Source: Tetramitus jugosus
Taxonomy: Eukaryota > Protista > Heterolobosea
Length of the DNA: 64,000 bases
Direction: 5' to 3'
NCBI GenBank assembly: GCA_937625935.1
Contig: OW569367.1
Location: forward strand, 248,001-312,000
This document shows positions 44,860 to 55,656 of this stretch, one piece after another. A program made the position numbers and the translations under genes. Position 1 is the stretch's first letter, and the number at the start of each line of letters is the position of its first letter. Under the pieces are notes generated by a model, which was given only the letters and a program-made list of their open reading frames with translations, had not been told where the DNA came from and did no database searches.

Positions 44860-46680
44860 ATGCCCTCTACCCATGATGTTGATGAAGTGAGATATGATGC
44901 CACCTTGGAAGAACCACAGTTTAGAGACGAGACGACGGACAAGTTCATTCGACATCATATCAAGCAATACCAAAAAGAAACAAAGAGAGTTCAAGATGAC
45001 TCCATGTTCTCTCCTTCGTCATACGGACTTCGAAACCAACAAAACAGTCATCGAAGTGGTCATCCATCGAGAGCTAACACTGTAGGACACAAGGATCGTA
45101 CGGTTCTCTCGCCTCTTCAACACAAAGGTAAGCAACGCAAGGAAAATCACTTGAGATTGATGAAGGATGAATATGGCGTTTGGTTGCTTGACTTTTCCAG
45201 AGTCGTGAGCAAAGTTAGGAACACTAAACCATTGTGTAACTCCCAGAGACGGTCGATTTACTTTAGTAAGAATTGTATAAGAGAATCTGAAGTACGGTTA
45301 AGAAGTGTTCGGTCTGGTACTTCATTGATTAGAGATGTCCATACTCCTCTCTATGAGAAGAATGATGAAACAGTGTTTCCTCCACTATTGAAAAGTGATC
45401 CAGACATGTTTAACTTGGGAAGACTAAAGCGACCCTCAATTAGCCGCCAATCATTCACAAACTATTCTCCTTCATTGGAGAGTGATGTCAATAGTGATAT
45501 CGGATCTCCGAGAGCCTTTTTCATCACCCAGTTGGAAGCTGAGGAGTCTGCAAAGAGGAGGATCGAGAATATTAAGCAAAATGAAGAGGATGATGAAGGA
45601 GAACCCAGTACCAACAATTCGAGCGATACTTCCCTGCCTCAATTAACAGAACAACAAAAGAACTTTGTACATATGATTGGTGGTCGACTTCTTAGATATG
45701 ATCAAGCATTGTTGATCCTCGAAGAGCTCGATAAGAAGGAACAACGAAAAAGAAAGGAGGATACTCCAATCAACACCCCAGTGATTATACCGAATGTAAT
45801 CTCTGTTTCATTAGGTCAGTGGTCCGATGTTATTAATTTATCAAGAGAGAAAAAGTATCATGAATGGAGTGAGATATTAACGAAGAGAGAAGTTGATAGA
45901 AACAAAGTCTATCAACAGAGAGGAGAATTAGCCAAGATACTTCAGAGAGCAGAGTTGAAAGCTTTTACGTGGCGTAATTTTCGAATGAACAATGATGTGA
46001 CAAGACCAGATGAACTGTTTGGAATACCCTCCGAGTTTGTAAGATCAAAAGAAGATCGGTGGAGGAGAAGGAAAGATTTTTACAACGAGTTAATCTGGAT
46101 GCTAAACAACAATACAGCGACTCTCGCCCAGAAAGCTCAATTTAGGAAGCTAGTGCAGTCATCTACAACAGCGTCACCCTCTTCAACGCTGAATCTACCC
46201 AGTTTGCAGAACATGTCACCGAGTAGCCCAGTTGGTGTTCATTCTTCCTCATTTAGAACCTCCAAGGAATACGAGACAACGGACAGCAGAAGTCTCAACA
46301 CCGAACACACTCGATTTATAATGAGATACATTCATGACTGTATGACATCAGAAACAAGTGACTTGGATGTGGATAAGAAACTATTCTTCCATTTGATCAC
46401 CGAAGTGGGCATAGACAACTTCTTCCGTGATGTGGGCAGTCTAGTTGTGTTCGAAAAAGTCAAGGACAGTTGTGGTGTCACAGATTTGGAGTATGAGGAA
46501 TTCAGGGAGAAGCTTCAAGGAAAACGGAGCGTCTCCCGGTTCCTCACACATTACAACAAGTACAAGGTTGAACAACCAAACACGACCAACAACAACAGCA
46601 ACAAGCGAACCTATGAAACACTGACTGAGAAACTGAAAAAGGCCAAGGAACAACACCTCAAGTGCTCATCCTTAATGTAG
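44860..46680 (+). CDS. Hypothetical protein (about 606 aa)
   Basis: Long ORF with charged helical segments; no family recognised. Confidence 0.75.
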   Translation: MPSTHDVDEVRYDATLEEPQFRDETTDKFIRHHIKQYQKETKRVQDDSMFSPSSYGLRNQQNSHRSGHPSRANTVGHKDRTVLSPLQHKGKQRKENHLRLMKDEYGVWLLDFSRVVSKVRNTKPLCNSQRRSIYFSKNCIRESEVRLRSVRSGTSLIRDVHTPLYEKNDETVFPPLLKSDPDMFNLGRLKRPSISRQSFTNYSPSLESDVNSDIGSPRAFFITQLEAEESAKRRIENIKQNEEDDEGEPSTNNSSDTSLPQLTEQQKNFVHMIGGRLLRYDQALLILEELDKKEQRKRKEDTPINTPVIIPNVISVSLGQWSDVINLSREKKYHEWSEILTKREVDRNKVYQQRGELAKILQRAELKAFTWRNFRMNNDVTRPDELFGIPSEFVRSKEDRWRRRKDFYNELIWMLNNNTATLAQKAQFRKLVQSSTTASPSSTLNLPSLQNMSPSSPVGVHSSSFRTSKEYETTDSRSLNTEHTRFIMRYIHDCMTSETSDLDVDKKLFFHLITEVGIDNFFRDVGSLVVFEKVKDSCGVTDLEYEEFREKLQGKRSVSRFLTHYNKYKVEQPNTTNNNSNKRTYETLTEKLKKAKEQHLKCSSLM

Positions 46681-46743
46681 AGTGAGTGGTAGAGATAACT
46701 TTTACTGATGTACAACAAAATGTGCGTTTTTTTGTCCTTGTAT

Positions 46744-47523
46744 TTAGACAACCACATCGTCTTCCATGGATGCAAAATCCATCATTGATGATGAAGACAC
46801 TGGCTTTGGAGTAATGTTGTTTGCAGCATTCTTGAGCTTTTGAGCAGCAATCTTTGCTTGATTTCTTGCCTCCTTCTCCTGAGAATCCTTAATCTTCTTG
46901 TTTCTAATCTTTTTCAATCTAAAGAACTCTTCTCTCTCCAATTCGTCCAACTCTGATGTAATGTACGAGATGGTGTTCTCAATCTTTGGCTGAACCACCT
47001 TTTCCAACGCATTGACTCTTCTGTTTGTCACCTTGATTGCATTGTCCAACGTAACAAACGATGTTTGAAGTGATGCGAGCTTGATCAACGTTTGAAGCGT
47101 CTCTTCAAAGCACGCCCTTGATTTTGTAATCTGTTCTCCTCCCTTGCTAATTCCAGTCATGTTCGATTTCTCCTTCATGTCTCCATCAGTCTTCTCAAAC
47201 ACTGGCAATGTCACACCAGCAACATTGTCCGTTCTCATGCGAACTTTGGTGGCTGCTTGTCTCACTGAATCAACAACTGCATAGCCCAAATCACCTGCAT
47301 TGTACTTTGCTTCTGACAATGAGAAATAAGAGTTACGGAATTGTTCAGTCATACCCTCCTTGTTCTTCTTAATGTCACCCAGAATACCTCTGAAACGAAT
47401 AGTCAGCGCATCGGACTTTTTCTTTAGGAGGGAATGACCTTTTTTGGCACCGACGAGTCTGAGTTTCATTTGCATGAGACTCATACGGGATGGTAGAATC
47501 TGAAAACGATTTTTGCTACTCAT
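46744..47523 (-). CDS. ATP6V1D: V-type proton ATPase subunit D
   Basis: GHSLLKKKSDAL, NVAGVTLP, LASLQTSF, TNRRVNALE and ELDELEREEFFRLKK. Start at 47523. Confidence 0.97.
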   Translation of the reverse strand: MSSKNRFQILPSRMSLMQMKLRLVGAKKGHSLLKKKSDALTIRFRGILGDIKKNKEGMTEQFRNSYFSLSEAKYNAGDLGYAVVDSVRQAATKVRMRTDNVAGVTLPVFEKTDGDMKEKSNMTGISKGGEQITKSRACFEETLQTLIKLASLQTSFVTLDNAIKVTNRRVNALEKVVQPKIENTISYITSELDELEREEFFRLKKIRNKKIKDSQEKEARNQAKIAAQKLKNAANNITPKPVSSSSMMDFASMEDDVVV

Positions 47524-47941
47524 TTTTTTGTTGTTGTTGGTGGTGTTGTATGGTTGATGAAGATGAGTTGCTTTTTTTTTTGGAGGTGAAAAGATTTTTT
47601 GGCTCGTCGGGCGGAACAGTTGTAAAAACACCGAAAGAGAAACACCGACGAGATTTTTTGTGATTCCAAGTCGGAGTTTTCATCATCCTGAATTGAGCAG
47701 CAAGAGAACACGGTATGAAGGAGGATTGAAGGCGCCTCTTATCCTTCGTCTGGAAACATGTATTCTGAACATGTTCTGAAGTGACGCAAGGTTTGGCGCC
47801 GCAACGTGTTGTATTCAACGAATCTGGACGCTTGTTGTTCGTTGGCAGCGTGTCCCATTTAGCGCGAAAAACAAATTCAATCAAAAAAAAACAAAAACAA
47901 CACATCAGCAACAACATCAAATTTTAAGCTTAGCCATCATC

Positions 47942-48204
47942 ATGAGTCGTATGTAGTCAATATACTACCTCTCACTCGTTTCAACAACATTATTTGCTAA
48001 ACATGTACTATTATTATCATCATCATATCATTAGGTGGAAATCAACGTGATATTGACAGAGAAAGAGCAAAGAAGCGTGCAGACAAGGGCAAGAAGAAGG
48101 AAGATGAAAATGGCATGAACTTTCAACAAAAAAAGGAAAGAGATGCTCAAATTATGCGTGAGAAGCAGTTGAAGAAGCAAGCTGCTGCAGCCGCTGCCAA
48201 ATAA
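47942..48204 (+). CDS. SERF: Small EDRK-rich factor (SERF/4F5), 58 aa; exons 47942..47948, 48035..48204
   Basis: Not in the ORF track. Intron 47949..48034 (GTATGT...TAG) gives MSRGNQRDIDRERAKK...KERDAQIMREKQ. Confidence 0.92.
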
Positions 48205-48466
48205 GAAGCTTTCTCCTTTTTTTTTTCTTAAGAAAAAAGTTGAAGAGAGAGAAACAGGCGAGGATGATGATTGTGTTGATAAAGCTATCCTCGAGCCATC
48301 TCATCCTTGCATCCCACGTGTAAATGAAGAAGAAATAAATTGTACAAAACGAACCAAAAAACAAAAAACTGTGGAAATGATACACTTGTTTTTATGCTTC
48401 TTTTTTGGCGGCAAAAGTTTCATCGTATTACAATGAAAATATAGGACGTACAACAAGCGAGAGCTT

Positions 48467-49174
48467 TCACAAGTAGAAAATACTGTCAGAGTCTCTTCTC
48501 TTGCACAAATCTGCAAATGATGGTGTGCTCTCACAAAACATTGCACAGACAGAGGCGTAATCAGTCTCACAATCCGTTGTCGTTGTTTCATCGTCCTCTG
48601 TACAACAAAACGCAGTTCGATCCTCCAAAGCAGAGCAAAGATCCAAATGAAGTGTTTCAGATCGAGCTTCTGGCGATAGGACGCGCAAAGCTTCTACGAC
48701 AGAACGACTCGGTGTTCCAATTCTGCTCGGTGGTGAAAACTTTTCCTTCTTGCTAGCAAAGAGCTTCTTTGCGAGTGCAGATACACTTCCTCCTCTTCGC
48801 TTTGACTTTTTGTGATCATTGATCGAATCAGGTGTTGCACTGGGTGGAACAGGTGTCAATGTAGAAGAGTTCAAAAAGTCATCTGTGGTCAATGTTCGTC
48901 GCTTCAATGGAGTGCTGGTTCGATGATGCGTAGGTGATTTAAGAATGTTTTGAAACAGGGTTTTAACTCCGTTGCTACCAGAAGATCTCACACTGGACAA
49001 CATTGCCATGCTCGAAGAGGTTCTTCTCAGAGCTTTGCTAGATGAGGATCCGAGTGTCAACGGAGACATGAGTCGAGTGGATTCACGTTTGTGAATGATA
49101 CTCATGTGCTTCACTGTTAGTGAGGCTGGAGAGCTGGGAGAGGAGGGACTGGATGGAGGTGTGTATTTTGGCAT
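48467..49174 (-). CDS. Hypothetical Ser/Pro/Thr-rich basic protein
   Basis: 235-aa ATG ORF with many SP/TP sites. Confidence 0.65.
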   Translation of the reverse strand: MPKYTPPSSPSSPSSPASLTVKHMSIIHKRESTRLMSPLTLGSSSSKALRRTSSSMAMLSSVRSSGSNGVKTLFQNILKSPTHHRTSTPLKRRTLTTDDFLNSSTLTPVPPSATPDSINDHKKSKRRGGSVSALAKKLFASKKEKFSPPSRIGTPSRSVVEALRVLSPEARSETLHLDLCSALEDRTAFCCTEDDETTTTDCETDYASVCAMFCESTPSFADLCKRRDSDSIFYL

Positions 49175-49353
49175 GGTGGTTCGATGTCAATGGTGTTTGT
49201 GAAGTGAAATTAACAAAGCTTTATCCTTGTGTCGGTTCGTATTTTACTTTTCCATGTATCCTCACGAAAGTGTCTCATCTTTGTGAGTTAGGTTAACGGT
49301 AAGTTTTTTGGTATCGGTGTAATAGCTTCCGACAGATTCGTTCAAGTGTCATT

Positions 49354-49947
49354 CTATGTATGCTTTTCCTGTTGTTGTTTGAGGTAGTCTTCTCTTGTAA
49401 GTTCATACACAACCACTTTTTTGTCATCTTCCATTGAGAATCGATCGAGAAGGGTAAAACCAAAACGCTCCGACACAAGTGCTCTCGATCGTGCATTGGT
49501 CTCAAAGCAGTGAGCTTCAATGGCTTCCACCACCGCACTCTGCTCTGACGCGTCCTCTGCCTTCTTTAGGAATACGAGATCCAATACCATGGCAACAGTT
49601 GTTGAGACAATTCCCTTGCCTTCAAAGTCCTTATCAATGAAATATCCAATTTCATTATTTGGCTTCAATCCACAAAGACCAATGACACCATCAACGACGT
49701 GTGACGATTCAGGCAATTGATCCTTCTCTACAACCATAATAAAGTTGTTTGGACTTTGGATTCTCTGTATGAATGAGTCCACAAATGGTTGGTTGTCCTC
49801 AACGAATGCAGACTCAGGGTAGATGACTCCCACAGAGATATGCGCTCTATTGTTGCGCAGAAAGGCTTTGATTCCATTGGAGTGCTTCTCCCTGGACACT
49901 GTTTCACAACGCCAGGTGCAATGCTTGGTGGATAGTGTGAGTGACAT
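49354..49947 (-). CDS. GNAT N-acetyltransferase, RimJ/RimL type
   Basis: VIGLCGL, EIGYFIDKDFEGKGIVS and NARSRALV-ERFGF. Confidence 0.85.
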   Translation of the reverse strand: MSLTLSTKHCTWRCETVSREKHSNGIKAFLRNNRAHISVGVIYPESAFVEDNQPFVDSFIQRIQSPNNFIMVVEKDQLPESSHVVDGVIGLCGLKPNNEIGYFIDKDFEGKGIVSTTVAMVLDLVFLKKAEDASEQSAVVEAIEAHCFETNARSRALVSERFGFTLLDRFSMEDDKKVVVYELTREDYLKQQQEKHT

Positions 49948-50435
49948 TTTGTTTCTTGGTGGCGTGAAGTTCCATTTCGGTTGTGAAATGATTCGGAGAA
50001 TTGTACTTTCAATTTAAGGTCATCAGTTTCGGATGATACAAACGAAAAGAGTGTACACGTCCTCATGCTTTATACTCATTGACGAACTAGGTGAGAAGAA
50101 TTTAACTTGGCAGTGGAAAAATAGAGAGAAGAACAGCCCCTCAGATCTGAACGGCAACAGGAAGCTTCCTTGCAATTTTCTCCTTGACATCAACATGCAA
50201 GTGGGCGAAAACTGTCAACAGAACATACTCATGTCCCCAGCCTATCTGGGACAGATCAGGGGCGCCGAAAGTACAAAGGAGCCGATCTCTCCCACGCTCT
50301 TCTGAAATTTATTACCTTAAAATGAAGGCATGGTATGCGGAGAAAATATTTCTTGGCGAAATTTTCCACAATAAACTTCCAGAATTTACTCGACAATCAA
50401 AGAAACGAAATAAAGCATACAACAACAGCAAAAAA

Positions 50436-51881
50436 ATGATACCCACACTTTCCTGTCCCAATCCACACTGTTCTCACTACGATCAACCTCTCACGACTCC
50501 ACTTATCGAACATTTCCACCCTATAGCTACCACTTCCACCTCCAGCCACAATCATCATCATCATCATCATCACCGGCTCGTCATCACCACAAGTTGTCCT
50601 CACTGTCATCAACAACTTGCTGCATGCGAAAATTGTCTTTGCTTAAACATGATTACCATACCAACTACTACTACTACGACTACAAGTACTACTACTACTA
50701 ATATAGAGATAACAACAACAACCAAAAATCATCTTCCATTCATCTACTGTACACAATGTGGTTACAACAACTTGTTGTGTCATCAATTGAGGCAATGTTT
50801 ATTTTCTTCTTCTTCAAAGAATTTTGAAGTCATCAACAACAACAACAACAACAATAGTAGTGATAATGATCATGTGATGATAAATGAAGAGAATGACGAG
50901 AATGATGAACAAGGCAACTCGTTATTTTCCAATCATTTCAACATTGTTCGTCTCGTTCAACGCATCATTCATGCACCACTGTACTTGCAACAAAAAATTG
51001 ACTTTTACAAGAACATTTCCACGCCAAACAATAGCAACAACAATAATCAAGATGACAACAATAATAGTAATAATAATAGTAATATTAGTAGTAGGAGTAA
51101 GCACTACAATGTTACAATGATAAAGTCGATATTATCGCGTCAATTGACACAATTATCGAATGAACAAGTGTTGAAAAACGATGTGTCAATGGTGTATCAA
51201 ATGTTTACGTGTAACGCAATGAACAAGAGCGAATTTTCAGAGTGTCACTTGCAAATGTTGAAGAGTTTGTATAATGATAATCATGTGAGTGACATGTTTA
51301 CGAGAGTTGAATTGTTTTTGAGTCGATTGGATGAGATTTTGGAACAAAAGAGACAATTGCGGTTGATGAGTGATGCATACTCGAATCATCAGGTACTGTT
51401 GAGTGAGAAAATGATGTCTACTGGGTACAGCAATCACGATAGAGAAGTCATTCGTGATTATGATGTGTCACGACGGCGGATGATGAACACGATAGAGCAA
51501 CAGAGCAAGGAGAGTAGGGCATTGGTGGGTCGATTATTAGAGAATCAAATGGAAGAACATCGACAGAGATATGAGACACTGATTGAACCACATTTAGAGC
51601 TGTTGGTACAGGTGAATTTAATGTTGACAGATTTGTTGAATCAATTGACGGAATTGTTGCATGATATGAGAGTGAGTCCGGTCAATCAAGCGACATCAGA
51701 TTTGTTGCTGTTGAATCCAAATGCAGATCCGTTTGCTGCAATCGATTCATCATCCACTCCATTACTGATGCCCAATGTCAAGAATGATGGCCATGAGAGG
51801 CAACAAACTGAAATGAGGTTACTTAAGAACAAGATTCTCCTCTTTCGTAGGTTAGGAAAACAACTAAGTATAATTGTGTAG
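50436..51881 (+). CDS. Hypothetical protein with N-terminal Cys pairs (zinc-ribbon-like) and a helical C-terminus
   Basis: CPNPHC, CPHC, CENC and CTQC separated by His/Thr tracts. Start assigned at AAAATG 50436. Confidence 0.65.
   Translation: MIPTLSCPNPHCSHYDQPLTTPLIEHFHPIATTSTSSHNHHHHHHHRLVITTSCPHCHQQLAACENCLCLNMITIPTTTTTTTSTTTTNIEITTTTKNHLPFIYCTQCGYNNLLCHQLRQCLFSSSSKNFEVINNNNNNNSSDNDHVMINEENDENDEQGNSLFSNHFNIVRLVQRIIHAPLYLQQKIDFYKNISTPNNSNNNNQDDNNNSNNNSNISSRSKHYNVTMIKSILSRQLTQLSNEQVLKNDVSMVYQMFTCNAMNKSEFSECHLQMLKSLYNDNHVSDMFTRVELFLSRLDEILEQKRQLRLMSDAYSNHQVLLSEKMMSTGYSNHDREVIRDYDVSRRRMMNTIEQQSKESRALVGRLLENQMEEHRQRYETLIEPHLELLVQVNLMLTDLLNQLTELLHDMRVSPVNQATSDLLLLNPNADPFAAIDSSSTPLLMPNVKNDGHERQQTEMRLLKNKILLFRRLGKQLSIIV
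50551..51090 (+). repeat. Cluster of coding microsatellites ((CAT)n, (ACT)n, (AAC)n, (AAT)n)
   Basis: They encode poly-His, poly-Thr and poly-Asn in the ORF starting at 50436. Confidence 0.7.
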
Positions 51882-52092
51882 TGATTAGCGTATCAACGAA
51901 CGATTTAATAATTCTGTGATCGTTGTTGTAAATAAACTCGTGGAATTTACATTCCATAATGTAAAACAGTCGAACAATCTGTCAGTGTGATGATTTGATA
52001 ACTGCCACCTCGATTCTTTATCGAGTATCAGAATGTCTCATTCTCAGTTTGCTTGTCTCGGTTGGACCTGTCTTCCAATCTCTTTTTTGTCT

Positions 52093-53841
52093 TTACCGAT
52101 TGCTTCCCATCAGTAGTAAGCTTTCTGATTCTTCTGTACTACTCAGTATCCGCTTCATTTTGTCATAGCTGAAACATCGAAGGAAAGGATATGCTTCATA
52201 GATCAAATAGGACTTGAACGTTTGATACATGACAGAAAGAGCAATCAAAAATATCGATATGCTGAGCAATTGGAAATTGATGGTTCGATAGATGATTCCA
52301 AATGTGGGACCAGCCTTCCTTGCCCACTCTATAATCACAAACACCATTTGAAAGTCGACCAACAACAACAGAACAATCACAACAGCTGCAAATCTCGTAA
52401 ATTTGACCTCGAATAATCCCATTTTTCTACTCTCTCGCATCTTCAAATACAATTTGGTTCCATAAGTTGCATAAACAACTGCCAATATACTCGTTGATAT
52501 GCATGTCGCAGGGAAATAAATAGTGTTGACCCACTTGTTGTACTTGAACGCGGAGATCAACGAAAACAATGGTATCGCAAACAAAAGTGTAAACACGATA
52601 TAGATGAGCGATAGAACGATTTTGAGATCAAGTGGCATATGATCCTCCATTACCTCCTGTTTGCTGATGCTGTTCGCAATTCGCATCACATGCATCCAAA
52701 TCGTACAAAGCGTAAACAGTGCCAGCAAGATCCAAACAAATCCCGTCGCTCTAAAGAATCCATCTCCAATCACAAACCTTCGATATCGGTTCACCCTTGA
52801 CACAGGATACTGGACAATATTCTCAGCGGCAGAGAACAGAAAATACATTTCCATAAATACAGTAATCAGCACATAGGTATCTGCATACGTGTAGAAAATA
52901 TAGGACACCCTATTTCTAAAGGACCTCTCGCTAATCACTTCCCAATTGCGAATCAAATTCTTTGTTCGAATCGTGCAGAACGGCACAATATAAAACAGGA
53001 AATTAATAAGTGCCATCAATATCATTACACTGGACATGAAAAAGGGATAAACATCCGTTACAATCGGTTGCAAAATCAGTGAAAACGCATCACACTTGTA
53101 CGCAAATGTTCCTCCATTGCAATGACACATGTAGGGCATTGGATAAGAGCTCACAGACAATCGATCAAACACCAATGGAAGACCCTTTGTGATACCCTTA
53201 CAATAATTTTGTGAACTGGGAAACTCTGCCCAACCGTGACACGTTCCATTGGCCACTCTCCGATGAAACGACTCAAAATCAGGTCTCTTACAGTACTGAC
53301 AATAATTTCTCAAACGAGTAATTGCCTTGTCCTTTTCACTAGTCACTGGATCATCATCCATAGCAGTAGATCCATTCACAGAAGAGCACCAAAACTGTTC
53401 ACAGGAGGAGATTTGGTAATGAGCCATAATTTCGTTGATTTCACCTTGATTGCACACATTGTACCACTTGGAATCAAAAAAGTATTGATAAACAACATAA
53501 TAGCTATCATCATTCAATGTGCCATTTTTGGTCTTGTTGTTGTTATCATCGTCATCATACTTGTCGAGTATGTAGGGACGAAACGAGACACCAGAAGAGT
53601 GTAGCATCGAAAGGCTTTGACACGCAGTCACCGTGTAGTTTTGGTGTGGCGAGTAATTGGAGCAGTTGGTCCATTTTGGTAGCTCAGCTTTCAGAGCTGG
53701 ATGCAGCACGCTGATCGGAAAATTTATCGTAAATTTGGGTTCCACCGATTTTGGCGCCAAAAGCAGTGACAGTAGGAGAATTAGAAGGAACGAGAAGGAA
53801 CGCAGATGAAAATTCGGGTATAGACGGGTATGGTGTGCCAT
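52093..53841 (-). CDS. 7TM receptor-like protein with a signal peptide and Cys-rich ectodomain
   Basis: N-terminal hydrophobic signal, Cys-rich region ending in EGF-like CHCNGGTFAYKCD, then seven hydrophobic helices. Confidence 0.75.
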   Translation of the reverse strand: MAHHTRLYPNFHLRSFSFLLILLLSLLLAPKSVEPKFTINFPISVLHPALKAELPKWTNCSNYSPHQNYTVTACQSLSMLHSSGVSFRPYILDKYDDDDNNNKTKNGTLNDDSYYVVYQYFFDSKWYNVCNQGEINEIMAHYQISSCEQFWCSSVNGSTAMDDDPVTSEKDKAITRLRNYCQYCKRPDFESFHRRVANGTCHGWAEFPSSQNYCKGITKGLPLVFDRLSVSSYPMPYMCHCNGGTFAYKCDAFSLILQPIVTDVYPFFMSSVMILMALINFLFYIVPFCTIRTKNLIRNWEVISERSFRNRVSYIFYTYADTYVLITVFMEMYFLFSAAENIVQYPVSRVNRYRRFVIGDGFFRATGFVWILLALFTLCTIWMHVMRIANSISKQEVMEDHMPLDLKIVLSLIYIVFTLLFAIPLFSLISAFKYNKWVNTIYFPATCISTSILAVVYATYGTKLYLKMRESRKMGLFEVKFTRFAAVVIVLLLLVDFQMVFVIIEWARKAGPTFGIIYRTINFQLLSISIFLIALSVMYQTFKSYLIYEAYPFLRCFSYDKMKRILSSTEESESLLLMGSNR

Positions 53842-54267
53842 CTTTTTGGCTTTCTTTTATGTGTTGCTTTCTGAGATCGTTCAATCCCTTCTTCTTCGTT
53901 GTTTTTTGTTCTTCAATTACAGAAATTCCCGCTTCCAATGTGTGGAATTTTTTTTCGCGAATTACCCACATACTCCGCACCAGCACAGTAATTTGCCCAG
54001 ATACGGATGATGTGACATCAATCACTCTTAAGATTTGGAGACAGACTTCTGGAGCTTGGAGTATGAATGGTTCTTGGTTCATGACAGTCTCAGATAACCA
54101 TACTCACTTCAACTTGTGGCACGGAATAATTTTGTTTTCGGCGTCTAACTTTCCATACACGGAGTATGTCACCTCCACGTTGCTTCTCAACAGCACCCTC
54201 CAAACTGAATCAAAAATTATCGAAAACAAGCACAATCTCCCCCTTTTGAAATAAAACTTGCAATCCT

Positions 54268-55506
54268 ATGGTACCCACTCAATTCGCCCTAAACAACAAG
54301 AAACGAAGCTTTCAAAAAGATTACCAAGAAACAAGCCTCCACGGAATTGAACAAGATGAAGACACTGTCAATGACCAGAAACCATCTGCTACTCATCCAA
54401 GTAAACGCCTCAAATTTCCCACATATCCCCAGTATCATCAAAGCCAAACATTGTCTTCTTCACTTGAAAACCTGTGGCAGAAACAAGTACAGATATCAGA
54501 ACATACGAAACGTTATTGTGAGAGCTTAATGTTGATGTTACGGCCTTATTCTGCCACAAAAATATCATTGGATGATACTCAATTGGCAATGATGGATTTG
54601 TGGGACAATGTGTTCGATGAGCAAGTGCAACAATTGGTGATACGCGAGTTGACAGAGATTAGTTCTCTGTTTTCAACAACAAGTAACAGTCATTCGAGTG
54701 AAGGTCCATTTGGTAATCACAAGGAAGAGAGTGATGTGATTGATAAGGATTCTATGGAACATGTCATATTGAAGCACTTTTATCACTATTGTCTTAATCG
54801 ATCTCGTTGGGACTTTACTCAAGAGTTATGCGATTGTATAGAGTCTGGGATTCAGAGCTTGATTCACTTGATGAACAATGCACAGCGGTATGGATATGAT
54901 ATTTGTGTTACGCATTGGATATCAAAGAACAATGAGACACATAGTAAGAATAGTCAGTCTCGGTCATCCATAGGGTGCCAAGATACGATTTCAATTGATA
55001 TGAATCGATACATTGCCGCCTTGTACAATTGGTTGGGATTTGTTCATAATGGAAGAGAATGTTTCTCGCAGGCGATACAAGAATTGAACACTGCACTACT
55101 ATACCAACCAGATTATTTGGTTGCACGAACGAATCGTGCCTATTCGTTGAGACGATTGAATCAAAAGGATGTCGCTCTAAGTGAATTCAGTGCGTTGATT
55201 GAAGCCAGGCCTGATTATGCTGAATTTTATATTGATAGAGGTGATTTGTATGAGGAGAAGGGACTATTAGAACGAGCCATTACAGATTATTCGCTAGCAA
55301 TCTCTTTGGGTACGAGGAACCCTTTGGTACATCACAACAGATCTGTTGCTTTTGTTCAAATGGGACTCTGGGTTCGGTCATTGCCAGATGCGAGCCTAGC
55401 TCGATCCATGGACCCTTCAGAGGATGAATACATGGACACATATGATGATATTGTGACTCATTTGAAGAACTCTTGTCAAGACAGTTTGTTCTCGTCTGCT
55501 TCGTGA
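54268..55506 (+). CDS. TPR-repeat protein
   Basis: About four TPRs (YNWLG...AIQELNTAL; NRAYSL; YIDRGDLY...AITDYSLAI; HHNRSVAF). Confidence 0.85.
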   Translation: MVPTQFALNNKKRSFQKDYQETSLHGIEQDEDTVNDQKPSATHPSKRLKFPTYPQYHQSQTLSSSLENLWQKQVQISEHTKRYCESLMLMLRPYSATKISLDDTQLAMMDLWDNVFDEQVQQLVIRELTEISSLFSTTSNSHSSEGPFGNHKEESDVIDKDSMEHVILKHFYHYCLNRSRWDFTQELCDCIESGIQSLIHLMNNAQRYGYDICVTHWISKNNETHSKNSQSRSSIGCQDTISIDMNRYIAALYNWLGFVHNGRECFSQAIQELNTALLYQPDYLVARTNRAYSLRRLNQKDVALSEFSALIEARPDYAEFYIDRGDLYEEKGLLERAITDYSLAISLGTRNPLVHHNRSVAFVQMGLWVRSLPDASLARSMDPSEDEYMDTYDDIVTHLKNSCQDSLFSSAS

Positions 55507-55656
55507 GATCAGATAGATACTTTGATATTGTATCAGAATGATAACGATGTCATGAATGGTCTTTCAAGTAAGAAGATATATTTAGAATCTTTGTGGTGTC
55601 TTCAATGCGACTCGTTGTGTGACGCTCAACGACCGATCAGATAAAACGAAGCAACA

